Source of the DNA: Anaerohalosphaeraceae bacterium
GTDB lineage: Bacteria > Planctomycetota > Phycisphaerae > Sedimentisphaerales > Anaerohalosphaeraceae
Direction: 5' to 3'
Assembly: GCA_050309605.1 (NCBI GenBank)
Contig: JBNRMN010000092.1
Span: forward strand, 1 to 64,000
Length of the DNA: 64,000 nucleotides
The notes under the pieces are model-generated. The model saw only the letters and a program-made list of their open reading frames with translations. It searched no databases and was not told the DNA's origin. Positions within the stretch are counted from its first letter, which is position 1; the number at the start of each line of letters is the position of its first letter. The position numbers and the translations under genes were made by a program. Shown here piece by piece: positions 1-9,262 of the stretch.

Positions 1-482
1 CCATTTATCCGCATCCCCGTATCGGGCGGCTCGCGCCGCCGCGCTGTTGTGCCGCGCTATTGCGCCGCGCCATCGTACAACAGCCGAGCCGCGCGAGCGG
101 CCGGATAATGCCGCGACTTGGAAAACGCCCCATCTATCCGCATCCCCCTATCGGGCGGCTCGCGCCGCCGCGCTGTTGTGCGCGATGTTGCGCCGCGTCA
201 TCGTACAATAGCCGAGCCGCGCGAGCGGCCGGATAATGCCGCGACTTGCAAAACGCCCCATTTATCCGCATCCCCGTATCGGGCGGCTCGCGCCGCCGCG
301 CTGTTGTGCCGCGCTATTGCGCCGCGCCATCGTACAACAGCCGAGCCGCGCGAGCGGCCGGATTATGTGGCGTCTTGGAAAACGTCCCATCTATCCGTAT
401 CCCCCTATCGGGCGGCTCGCGCCGCCGCGCTGTTGTGCGCGATGTTGCGCCGCGGTGTTGTGCGCGCTGGTGTCGCGTTGTT
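1..482 (-). repeat. Tandem array of ~129-bp GC-rich palindromic units (REP/BIME-like family A), 3.5 copies, cut by the window edge
   Basis: Units start at 1, 130, 258 and 387 (ccat[t/c]tatccg). Each holds the hairpins ggcggc-tcgc-gccgcc and gccgc-gcga-gcggc. The same family occurs in opposite orientation at 11.0-11.75, 48.25, 54.52 and 55.84 kb. Confidence 0.92.
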
Positions 483-557
483 GCCGCCCCGAAGGGGCGG
501 ACGGTCATTTACTTTCCTAAACGAATGGGTCGAACTGAAAAAAACGGTAATTGGTTA

Positions 558-590
558 CTCAATTCTACATTCTTAATTCTTAATTCTTGC
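558..590. repeat. Heptamer-periodic AT-rich tract (AGAATNN on the minus strand)
   Basis: Sequence ctcaattctacattcttaattcttaattc. Positions 558-579 are the exact reverse complement of 60640-60661. Confidence 0.7.
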
Positions 591-1175
591 CTGGTCGGTC
601 AGGACTCGTCCGGTCAGATAATCGGTAAACCGGACCCGAACGGTCAGCTCTTTTTCGTCGCCTGTGAGGATGCCGTCCAGCGGTAATTGCAGACGATAAT
701 AGGCGCCGAGCAGACCGCGCCCCCAAAGAGACCTAAGTTCTCCCGGCGTAACGTCCCACTGTTTGAGTCTGCCCTGTCGGTCGGCGTCCGCCGCCAGATT
801 CCACAATTCCACCCGCACGCGGCCGGGGGCTTTGATGACGTCCTGTTCGGCGTCTATCGGCTCCAGATAGACCACGAGGGTATCGGGTGTGCCGTCTGGT
901 GGGCCGGATTTGTCGTACAGGCCCGAATGGCGACCGATGCGGACGGACTCGGGCGCCGCCAGCACGTCGAGCCGTTCGTCCCGGTCCATGGCGGCCAGGG
1001 TTTTGACCTGGTCGGTCAGCTTTGCATTCTCCCGCTCCAGCCGCTGTACTTCCAGAGATAATTCGGTTTTTTCCTCGCTGAGGCTTTTGATCTGCTGCCA
1101 GAGCGACGTCTGCACTTCATTCCGACAGCCCGCGGCGGCAAGCAGCAGCGTTATGATCCAAACCGATCGTATCAT
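573..1175 (-). CDS. Hypothetical lipoprotein with N-terminal coiled coil
   Basis: Start MIRSVWIITLLLAAAGC (lipobox) followed by a heptad-rich segment. Lies downstream of clpP in the same orientation. Confidence 0.75.
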   Translation of the reverse strand: MIRSVWIITLLLAAAGCRNEVQTSLWQQIKSLSEEKTELSLEVQRLERENAKLTDQVKTLAAMDRDERLDVLAAPESVRIGRHSGLYDKSGPPDGTPDTLVVYLEPIDAEQDVIKAPGRVRVELWNLAADADRQGRLKQWDVTPGELRSLWGRGLLGAYYRLQLPLDGILTGDEKELTVRVRFTDYLTGRVLTDQARIKN

Positions 1176-1209
1176 GGCAAGCCTTTCGCGTGAAGAGGAT
1201 AACGGACGG

Positions 1210-1857
1210 CTATGCGTCCGAGTCGCTGTCCTTGTCGGACTTGGCTTTGCTGACATGCGGCGATTTCTGCAATACCTTGTCGGCCAGGCCGTAGGCAATC
1301 GCCTCGTCGGCTTCCAGCCACAAGTTGCGGTCGCAGTCTTTTTCGATTTTGGCCGGTTCCTTGCCCGTATGATGCGACAGAATCGTGTACAACCGACTGC
1401 GCAGCCGCAGCATTTCTTTGGCCTCGATTTCGATGTCCGTCGCCGGCCCGGTCATCGTGCCGCTGAGCAGCGGCTGATGCAGCAGCACGCGGCTGTTGGG
1501 CAGCATATACCGTTTGCCGGCTTTGCCGGCGGCAAACAGCACCGCCCCCATACTGGCCGCCTGTCCGATGCAGTAGGTTGACACGTCGCACCGCAGAAAC
1601 TGCATCGTATCATAGACCGCCAGTCCGGCCGTGATGACCCCGCCCGGCGAGTTGATATAAAAATGAATATCCGCCTCGCTGTCTTCATTGCTCAAAAACA
1701 GCATTTGAGCGATGATCAGATTGGCGATATCGTCGTCCAGACCGCCGCCGAGAAAGATGATTCGGTCTTTGAGCAGACGCGAATAAATATCATAAGCCCG
1801 CTCACCTCGGCCGCTCTTTTCAATGACTATCGGTACAAGAGAATGGTTCAGCGTCAT
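1210..1857 (-). CDS. clpP: ATP-dependent Clp protease proteolytic subunit (second paralog)
   Basis: Motifs [33 protein letters not shown]. Start MTLNH with a GAGGA RBS. Confidence 0.95.
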   Translation of the reverse strand: MTLNHSLVPIVIEKSGRGERAYDIYSRLLKDRIIFLGGGLDDDIANLIIAQMLFLSNEDSEADIHFYINSPGGVITAGLAVYDTMQFLRCDVSTYCIGQAASMGAVLFAAGKAGKRYMLPNSRVLLHQPLLSGTMTGPATDIEIEAKEMLRLRSRLYTILSHHTGKEPAKIEKDCDRNLWLEADEAIAYGLADKVLQKSPHVSKAKSDKDSDSDA

Positions 1858-1864
1858 ATCGTCC

Positions 1865-2521
1865 TCAGGGTTTTGTTTGTTTGTCTTTGGATTTTGATTC
1901 GTCGTGTTCGGCCAGAACATCATCGATCAGCCCGTATTGCCTGGCTTCCTCGGCGGTCATATATTTGTCGCGTTCGGTTTCCTGAGTCAGTTTTTCCGGT
2001 GTCAATCCCGTATGGCGGGACAGGACTTCGTTGATGGTCTTTTTGGCTCTGAGGATTTCCTCGGCCTGAATGCGAATGTCTTCGGCCTGTCCGGTGACTC
2101 CGCCCCAGGGCTGATGCAGCATAATCTTGGCATGCGGCAGGGCGTGACGGCGGCCTTTGGTTCCGGACGCCAGAATCACCGCTGCGCCGGATTGCGCCCG
2201 CCCGATGCAATAGGTCGCCACCGGCGAATTGATAAACCGCATCGTGTCGTAGATCGCCATCGTATCGTCCACGCTGCCGCCCGGTGAGTTGATGTACAGG
2301 CTGATCTCCACACCCCGTTTGAGGTTGTCCAGATACAGCAGCTTCATAATCACTTCGGTGGCCATTCGATACGATATCTCGCCGATCATAAAGACGATTC
2401 GATTTTCCAGCAGCAAGTCATCGAGCGTCATTTCGCGCGTTCGCTGATACGGCACTTGCAGCCGCGGCTCCAAAGTCGCCGACGCCTTGGCGATTTCGCT
2501 GTGTGAGGGTTGATACTGCAT
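1865..2521 (-). CDS. clpP: ATP-dependent Clp protease proteolytic subunit (first paralog)
   Basis: Motifs [26 protein letters not shown]. Confidence 0.95.
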   Translation of the reverse strand: MQYQPSHSEIAKASATLEPRLQVPYQRTREMTLDDLLLENRIVFMIGEISYRMATEVIMKLLYLDNLKRGVEISLYINSPGGSVDDTMAIYDTMRFINSPVATYCIGRAQSGAAVILASGTKGRRHALPHAKIMLHQPWGGVTGQAEDIRIQAEEILRAKKTINEVLSRHTGLTPEKLTQETERDKYMTAEEARQYGLIDDVLAEHDESKSKDKQTKP

Positions 2522-2851
2522 TCGGTCTTCCTTTTCTTGATTTATGATTATCTATCGACACTTTCGATGTCTTTATTTACCCCTTCATCCGCTGTTTTTC
2601 AATAAGAATCTGTCATGAACGGGTCAACTTACCACAAATCCGGTCGTTCGTCCAGTGTCTGTTTTCCGGCTCACGGGGTTCGCAAAACCAAGAAGACGGA
2701 AATTCGGGTCAATAAACGATAAAACTTGATTTCTATCGGACGTCTGCTATATTCGTCGTGTCGGGTACGAAGTAACAGGGGTTGTCGTGCGGCTCAAACG
2801 AGCCTGCCCTGTTTTTGGAATGGAGATGTCTTTTTTAAGGAGACACAACCG

Positions 2852-3418
2852 ATGTTAAATACCGCCGCCGTATTGCCGTTTGACCTTCAGCGATTACTGG
2901 AAGACGAGCTTGATCAAAATGAGCGGGTGTTGTGGTCGTGCCAGCCGAGTTTGAAGCGGGCCTTTCGTCGGGGCATTCCGCTGGTGTTTTTTGCGTTGTT
3001 CTGGCTGGGTATCAGTTCAACCATTGCATTCGCGATCTTCAGGGATGCCAATGCGCCGTGGTTTGCGAAGATTTTTATCGGATTTTTTTTATTGATCGGG
3101 CTGCTGTTGTTAAGTTCCCCCATTTGGATGGTGCGCAGTGCAAAGCACACGGTCTATGCGGTGACCGATCAGCGGGCGATCATTATCACTAAAGGTATGT
3201 CCATTGATATTCAGTCGTTCGGGCCGGACGATTTGACTCAGATCGACAAACGCCTCTTTCGCGACGGCAGCGGCGATTTGATCTTTGACCGACAGGTCAG
3301 CACGCACTACTCGAAAGGGCGACGGCGTGAAAACGTCAAAGAGATCGGCTTTTTCGGCATCCCGCAGGTTGGACAGGTGCATCAGATGATACGCGATATG
3401 GCGCAGGGCACTGCCTAA
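2852..3418 (+). CDS. Membrane protein, two TM helices plus a bacterial PH-like domain
   Basis: AAGGAG RBS; ERVLW motif, two hydrophobic helices, YAVTDQRAII, DGSGDLIF. Confidence 0.7.
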   Translation: MLNTAAVLPFDLQRLLEDELDQNERVLWSCQPSLKRAFRRGIPLVFFALFWLGISSTIAFAIFRDANAPWFAKIFIGFFLLIGLLLLSSPIWMVRSAKHTVYAVTDQRAIIITKGMSIDIQSFGPDDLTQIDKRLFRDGSGDLIFDRQVSTHYSKGRRRENVKEIGFFGIPQVGQVHQMIRDMAQGTA

Positions 3419-3506
3419 GGAACACGGCGGCAGTCTCATTGAAAACCCATTAATGTCAAGTGCGGTCCTTGACAAGACCGATAGATAAATCTTTCACCAC
3501 CAGGAG

Positions 3507-6245
3507 ATGACTATGAAGCCGACCACCAAGCTGATCACGATCGGGGTGGCAGCCGTTATGGGGTGTACGTTGGCCGTGCCGCTTGTTTGGGCACAAGAAC
3601 GCTCACCACAGGATGTCAATCGTGAATCGGCCAAACGATGGGAAGAAACGATAGCTCAGTTTCGCCGGTATGATGGGCAAAACGGATTCCCGTCCGAAGC
3701 GGTGCTGTTTGTCGGCAGCTCAAGTATTGCCGGCTGGCCGACGCAAACGTCTTTTCCTGAATTTTCCGTCATCAACAGAGGGTTTGGCGGATCGATTTAT
3801 TCGGATATTCTCCAGTATGCCGAGTCGGTGATCTTTCCCTATCATCCGCGTGTCATTGTATTTTACTCCGGCGACAATGACCCGTTTTGGGGCAAATCCG
3901 CACACGAGATTGCCGACGATGTCAAACAGCTTGTTGCTCGGGTACACCAGCGGCTGCCGCAGACGCCGATTATCCTGATGGCGACCAAGATCAGCCAGGC
4001 CCGTATTGACCGCGCCGAAGGGTATGTTGCTTTCAATGCGATGCTCAAGGCGCTGGCCGAATCGGATGAGCGGCTGCATTATTTTGATTCGGCTTCCCTG
4101 CTGCTCGACAAGGAAGGCCGGCCGGATTCCCGGTACTTTGTCGAAGACAAACTGCATCTGAACGCCGAGGGGTATCGCCGCTGGTCGGATCATCTGCGCC
4201 CGCTGCTTGCACAACTGGTCGCCGACAGAAACGAGCGGATGTTTTATGTCTCGCCGGACGGGGATGACGCCGCGAACGGAACGCACATCGAATCGCCGGT
4301 ACGCACGCTGGCGCGGGCTTTTGAGTGGGTCAGCCGAATGCCACAGGACAAAGCAATAACCGTGTATCTGCGCGGCGGGACGTATGCCATAACCGAGCCG
4401 CTGAATCTGGGGCCGGAGCATTCAGGCTCGGCCGAGTGTCCGGTAACCGTTCGCGCCTATCCGAATGAAAGGCCGCTGATTACCGGTGGTCGGCGCGTAA
4501 CCGGCTGGCAGCGGCACGATGAGAACCTGTGGAAGACCGAGATCGCCGACGTCAAGGCCGGACAGTGGTATTTTACGCAACTGTTCGTCAACGGGCATCG
4601 CCGCACACGAGCACGCACGCCCAACATGGGATTTTTCCGCGTGGCGGGCTTTCCCGACGGCGGGAATGAAACGCCCTACAACACGCCCACGTCGCAGTTT
4701 ACCTTTCGTCCCGGCGACCTGAACCCCGACTGGTCGCATCCGACCGATGCGAAGGTGGTTGTCTATCATTTCTGGACCGACACCCATCTGCCGATTGCCG
4801 GCATCGACGCCGACCGGCACATCGTGTCCTTTCAGCATCCGTCCGGCAAGCGGTTTACCGACGATTTTACCTCCGACGGAGCGCGGTATATTGTCGAGAA
4901 TGTCTTTGAGGCGCTCGATGCGCCGGGCCAGTGGTATCTGAATCGCCACACCGGCATACTGTACTATTGGCCGACAGCCGAGGAGGATATGCCGCAGGCC
5001 GAGGTCATCGCGCCGGTTGCGCCGGCGCTGCTGCGTTTGGAAGGCGACCCGCTCGAACGACGGATCGTTGAGCATATACGGTTTGAAGGGATTGGGTTTG
5101 CCCATACGCAGTGGGAACTTCCGCCGGGCGACTGCAACAACGCCCAGGCCTCCTCTACGGTGCCGGCGGCGGTCTCACTGAAAAGTGCGCGGCACGTTCA
5201 TTTTGACCGCTGTACGTTTGAGCGGCTGGGGACGTATGCCGTGGAAATACGCGAAGGCTGCCGCGACAATCGTTTTGCGCGGAATCATATTGTTGATGTG
5301 GGCGGCGGCGGCTTTCGCGTCAACGGCGGCAATGAGCACAGCCATCCCTTGCTGCGCACCGGCGGAACGATCATCGCCGACAACCGCATCGGACCGTATG
5401 GACAGGTGTTCGCCTCGGCGGTCGGCGTCTTGCTGATGCACACCGACGGCAATCGCGTTGAACACAACGAGATACATCACGGCTATTACACCGGCGTCTC
5501 AGTCGGGTGGCACTGGGGCTATCAGCGCAGCGTCAGCCGCGACAACCGCATCGCCTACAATCACATCCACCACATCGGACAGGGGCTGCTGTCGGATATG
5601 GGCGGCATCTATACACTCGGCGTCTCGCCGGGCACGGTGCTGGTCGGCAACCGCATCCACGATGTCGAGGCCAACCGGTACGGCGGCTGGGGCATCTATA
5701 ACGATGAAGGCTCCAGCCATATTCGCGTGGAAGATAACGTGGTCTATGACACCAAGTTCGCCGGCTACAACATTCACTATGCCAAAGAGATCACGGTACG
5801 CAATAATATCTTTGCGTTCGGACGGCTTGAGCAGCTCAGCCGCAGCATCATTGAGCCTCACAAGAGCTGCTTTTTTGAACGCAACATCGTGTATTTCGAG
5901 CAGGGTGAGCTGCTGAAAAATCAGTGGGGCGACCGGTCTTATGAGTTTTACTACCAGCCGCGATCCGGCGGCACACGCACCACCGAAAGCACCTTTGATA
6001 TGGACTGGAATGTGTATTTCAATCCGAATGTGCCGCTTGAACAAACACGATTCAACGGGAATACCTTTGACGACTGGAACAAGGCCGGCAAAGACCGCCA
6101 TTCCCGCTGGGCCGATCCACGGTTTGTCAACGCCGAGGCGCGCGATTTCCGTCTGCGTCCGGACTCACCGGCGCTGGAACTGGGGTTTCGCCCGCTGGAT
6201 CCCGACCGCGCCGGGCCGCGGCAACGCACACCGGCGGCGCATTGA
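3507..6245 (+). CDS. Secreted SGNH/GDSL esterase fused to a right-handed parallel beta-helix carbohydrate-active domain
   Basis: Signal peptide; SGNH blocks FVGSSS, NRGFGG, GDND, DKLH; then YVSPDGDD and beta-helix repeats (LSDMGGIYTLG, GIYNDEGS). Confidence 0.85.
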   Translation: MTMKPTTKLITIGVAAVMGCTLAVPLVWAQERSPQDVNRESAKRWEETIAQFRRYDGQNGFPSEAVLFVGSSSIAGWPTQTSFPEFSVINRGFGGSIYSDILQYAESVIFPYHPRVIVFYSGDNDPFWGKSAHEIADDVKQLVARVHQRLPQTPIILMATKISQARIDRAEGYVAFNAMLKALAESDERLHYFDSASLLLDKEGRPDSRYFVEDKLHLNAEGYRRWSDHLRPLLAQLVADRNERMFYVSPDGDDAANGTHIESPVRTLARAFEWVSRMPQDKAITVYLRGGTYAITEPLNLGPEHSGSAECPVTVRAYPNERPLITGGRRVTGWQRHDENLWKTEIADVKAGQWYFTQLFVNGHRRTRARTPNMGFFRVAGFPDGGNETPYNTPTSQFTFRPGDLNPDWSHPTDAKVVVYHFWTDTHLPIAGIDADRHIVSFQHPSGKRFTDDFTSDGARYIVENVFEALDAPGQWYLNRHTGILYYWPTAEEDMPQAEVIAPVAPALLRLEGDPLERRIVEHIRFEGIGFAHTQWELPPGDCNNAQASSTVPAAVSLKSARHVHFDRCTFERLGTYAVEIREGCRDNRFARNHIVDVGGGGFRVNGGNEHSHPLLRTGGTIIADNRIGPYGQVFASAVGVLLMHTDGNRVEHNEIHHGYYTGVSVGWHWGYQRSVSRDNRIAYNHIHHIGQGLLSDMGGIYTLGVSPGTVLVGNRIHDVEANRYGGWGIYNDEGSSHIRVEDNVVYDTKFAGYNIHYAKEITVRNNIFAFGRLEQLSRSIIEPHKSCFFERNIVYFEQGELLKNQWGDRSYEFYYQPRSGGTRTTESTFDMDWNVYFNPNVPLEQTRFNGNTFDDWNKAGKDRHSRWADPRFVNAEARDFRLRPDSPALELGFRPLDPDRAGPRQRTPAAH

Positions 6246-6267
6246 TCGGCGTTGACCAGCCTGACGA

Positions 6268-6834
6268 TCAGGGTGTTATCGGCTCAAGGGTTCCCGGTTT
6301 CGTGAAGAAGTTCTCGATGTCCAGCCCGGCTTTGAGGAAGGCCTGGAGACCTTTGGGGCTGTCGGTCAGGACGAATCGATCGTCGAGACGTTCGTGTTTG
6401 ACGATGTCGGGTTTTTCCTTGAGAATCCGTTCAATCGTGTCCGGATTCAGCGCAGCCAGAAGAAGATGAGGCCCGTCGCGATCCACTTTCAGAACGTGGT
6501 GTGCGGCGATGAGATGGGCTTTGGTCCAGTCGCCGGTTTCAAGGTGCGTATCGCGGGCGGGGTGCAGGTTCATAAATCGCCGACCGTCAATCTCAAAAAG
6601 GTGGACAATGAGCTTGCTTTGGGTGTCTTCTTTCTCGGTGATAGTCAGGGTGTAGGCCTGTTTTTCTTCGTTGGGGACGAACTGCCAGCGGTAGTCGTTA
6701 TCCTGCTGTCTCCAGACGCCGGCAAGGGCCGGGTCGAAGACCAGCGTTTGTTCGGTGTAAAATTCGTGAAGTGAGGCCACACAGCCGGCAAAGCCCAGTA
6801 ATGCCGCGATGGTCAACAGACGCATGAGTTTCAT
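6268..6834 (-). CDS. Hypothetical lipoprotein
   Basis: MKLMRLLTIAALLGFAGC lipobox; 188-aa ORF. Confidence 0.75.
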   Translation of the reverse strand: MKLMRLLTIAALLGFAGCVASLHEFYTEQTLVFDPALAGVWRQQDNDYRWQFVPNEEKQAYTLTITEKEDTQSKLIVHLFEIDGRRFMNLHPARDTHLETGDWTKAHLIAAHHVLKVDRDGPHLLLAALNPDTIERILKEKPDIVKHERLDDRFVLTDSPKGLQAFLKAGLDIENFFTKPGTLEPITP

Positions 6835-7012
6835 TTTGTTTGCCCTTTCAATGATGGTTCACAAAACGGTTATTCTCACCGCTTGCCTGCAGGTGAATAG
6901 ACGAACAGGTCTGTTTCCATCATTCTATTATCTCAAATCGTATTTGGTGATTCAAGTGAAAAATGAGGATAAAAGTATTGCAATTTCCTCCTATTTTGGA
7001 AATGATAGCGAT

Positions 7013-7675
7013 ATGGTCGGCTTTGATGAAAGCAAAAAATCGGCCCATGAGCGGGCGGCGATGATCCGCAGCCATTTGCGGGGGCGCGATATCACCGACC
7101 CGCGGGTGCTGAACGTGATGGGGCGTCTGCCGCGCGAGGCGTTTGTCCCGCCGAGCTATGCGGCTCAGGCCTACGCCGACAATCCGCTTCCCATCGGCGT
7201 CGGCCAGACCATCAGCCAGCCGTATATCGTCGCACTGATGACCCAATGCCTGAAACTGAGCGGCTCGGAAGAGGTGTTGGAGATCGGCACCGGCAGCGGC
7301 TACCAAACCGCGATTCTGGCCTCGCTGGCACGGCGGGTCTATACCATCGAACGATTTCATGAGCTGGCTGAATCGGCCCAGGCCGTGCTTTCGCGATTGG
7401 GGTTCGATAATATCGAGTATTACATCGGCGACGGCAGTGCCGGCTGGCCGGAAAAACGCCTCTTCGACCGCATCCTGCTGACTGCCGCCGTGCCGCACGT
7501 GCCCGCACCGCTGCTCGACCAGTTAGCCGACGGCGGACGTCTGGTCGCCCCCGTCGGTACGGAAGGCAGTCAAATGCTCAACGTCCTCAAAAAAAAACAA
7601 GACCGCATCTCCACAGAATCCATCTGCGGCTGCCGCTTCGTCAAGCTCGTCGGAAAATACGGATTCCCCGAATGA
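7013..7675 (+). CDS. pcm: Protein-L-isoaspartate O-methyltransferase
   Basis: Motifs QTISQPYIVA, VLEIGTGSGYQTA, GDGSAGW. Start trimmed to MVGFD. Confidence 0.95.
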   Translation: MVGFDESKKSAHERAAMIRSHLRGRDITDPRVLNVMGRLPREAFVPPSYAAQAYADNPLPIGVGQTISQPYIVALMTQCLKLSGSEEVLEIGTGSGYQTAILASLARRVYTIERFHELAESAQAVLSRLGFDNIEYYIGDGSAGWPEKRLFDRILLTAAVPHVPAPLLDQLADGGRLVAPVGTEGSQMLNVLKKKQDRISTESICGCRFVKLVGKYGFPE

Positions 7676-7757
7676 GCGCATCGGCCGTGCGGCGCTGTGT
7701 CCGTGTGGTCAATCTCTGACGGCAGGAGACTGTTTATTCGGCTGGATTCGAAGGCCA

Positions 7758-9122
7758 TCAGAGGGCCTTGACGGCATCGATGAAGGCGCGGGCGCGCTGG
7801 ATGTAGTTGGTGAACATATCGTAGCTGGCGCAGGCCGGGCTAAGCAGCACCACATCACCCGACCGGGCCAATTCATTGCACTCCGTTACGGCCCGGCTCA
7901 TTGTATCGGCGCGGCGGATAACGACCTCCGACGGCCCGGCGGCGCGGACAGCCTGTTCAATCTTCGGCGCGGTCTGGCCGATCAGGACGACGGCCTTGAC
8001 GCGGGCGGCGATGCACTGGCCCAGTTCGGAAAAGTCGATGCCCTTGTCATAGCCGCCAGCGATGAGAATCTTCGGCTCATCAATGCCGTTCAGTGCCGCC
8101 AGGGTGCTGACCGGCGTGGTGGCCTTGGAATCGTCATACCAGCGAACGCCGTTTTTCTCGGCGACAAGCTGCAAACGGCTGTCCAGCGGGCCGAATGTCT
8201 TCACCGCCGCGGCGATGCGCTCCGGGGCCACTTTGAAATGCGACGCGACCGCCAAAGCCGCAGCCAGATTGGAGCGGTTGGCTCGGCCGGGACATTGGAA
8301 CTCGGTCAATAAACGTTCGGGCACATCGTCGGCGCTGAACGCCAGGCACTTTCGCCCCGGCTGGTCGTGGTATTTGGTGTACCAGGCGCCGGTGATGGTA
8401 TCCTCTGCGTTAAAGACCGACAGACAGGGACGCTGCACATCGAGCGGCTGATGCTTGAACAGGGTTTCCTTGACGCGGCAATAAGCCTCGAACGTGCCGT
8501 GCCGGTCAAGATGGTTCGGCGTCAGATTGGTAATCACCGCCGCATAAGGACCTTTTTGAATGCGAGCGAGCTGTTCCAATTGAAAGCTGCTGGTCTCCAG
8601 CACGACCAGATCCTTGTCCGTCATCTCCTCCAGCAGTCCCAGCAGCGGTCGGTTGCCGATGTTGCCGCTAAGATAGACGCTGCTATACGCAACCCCCGGC
8701 TGTCCTGCTGCCGCGGCCAGCAGATGTGCGGTCAGACCGGCGGTGGTGCTTTTACCGTTGGCGCCGGTAATGCCGACAATCGGCGCCGGACACATCTGAA
8801 AGAACAGTTCGACCTGTGAAGTAATCAGTGCCCGATGCTGCAGGGCAATCTGAATCAACGGGTTATCCGGCGGCACGGCAGGATTGACAATGACCACATC
8901 CGCAGCGGCAAAATCTTGCTCGCGGTGTTCGCCGAGACGATACTCAATCGGCAGCCCCGCCATCGCCTCCAGCGCCTCGGCCAGCTTGTCCGGCCCGGCC
9001 AGATCCGTGACGAGCACTTGCGCCCCGGCCCGTGCGGCAAACGCCGCCGAGTCCGCTCCGCCGCCGAACCGTCCCAGCCCCATCACCACGACGCGCTTGT
9101 TGTGGAAAAAAACCTTATCCAT
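7758..9122 (-). CDS. murD: UDP-N-acetylmuramoyl-L-alanine--D-glutamate ligase
   Basis: Motifs GITGANGKSTT, ETSSFQL, NHLDRH, DDSKAT, SPACASYDMF. Confidence 0.96.
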   Translation of the reverse strand: MDKVFFHNKRVVVMGLGRFGGGADSAAFAARAGAQVLVTDLAGPDKLAEALEAMAGLPIEYRLGEHREQDFAAADVVIVNPAVPPDNPLIQIALQHRALITSQVELFFQMCPAPIVGITGANGKSTTAGLTAHLLAAAAGQPGVAYSSVYLSGNIGNRPLLGLLEEMTDKDLVVLETSSFQLEQLARIQKGPYAAVITNLTPNHLDRHGTFEAYCRVKETLFKHQPLDVQRPCLSVFNAEDTITGAWYTKYHDQPGRKCLAFSADDVPERLLTEFQCPGRANRSNLAAALAVASHFKVAPERIAAAVKTFGPLDSRLQLVAEKNGVRWYDDSKATTPVSTLAALNGIDEPKILIAGGYDKGIDFSELGQCIAARVKAVVLIGQTAPKIEQAVRAAGPSEVVIRRADTMSRAVTECNELARSGDVVLLSPACASYDMFTNYIQRARAFIDAVKAL

Positions 9123-9223
9123 TTAGTTGGTGCTGTCTTAGTCCGGGGCATCGCCCTCGAAAAACATCACACCTCAGACAGCCTCTTGATTTTGTCTCTT
9201 TGAATTTTTGTCCTGGGGTATTG

Positions 9224-9253
9224 TTTCGAATTTCGAGATTCGAATTTCGGGTT
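9224..9253. repeat. Heptamer tandem repeat (TTCGAAT-like x4)
   Basis: tttcgaatttcgagattcgaatttcgggtt, just past the pyrF stop codon. Confidence 0.65.
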
Positions 9254-9262
9254 GACACCCTG

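Noticed and set aside
118..686. ORFs 118-576, 236-520, 246-686 and 314-508
   Set aside because: They are translations of the GC-rich repeat array with no protein-like features.
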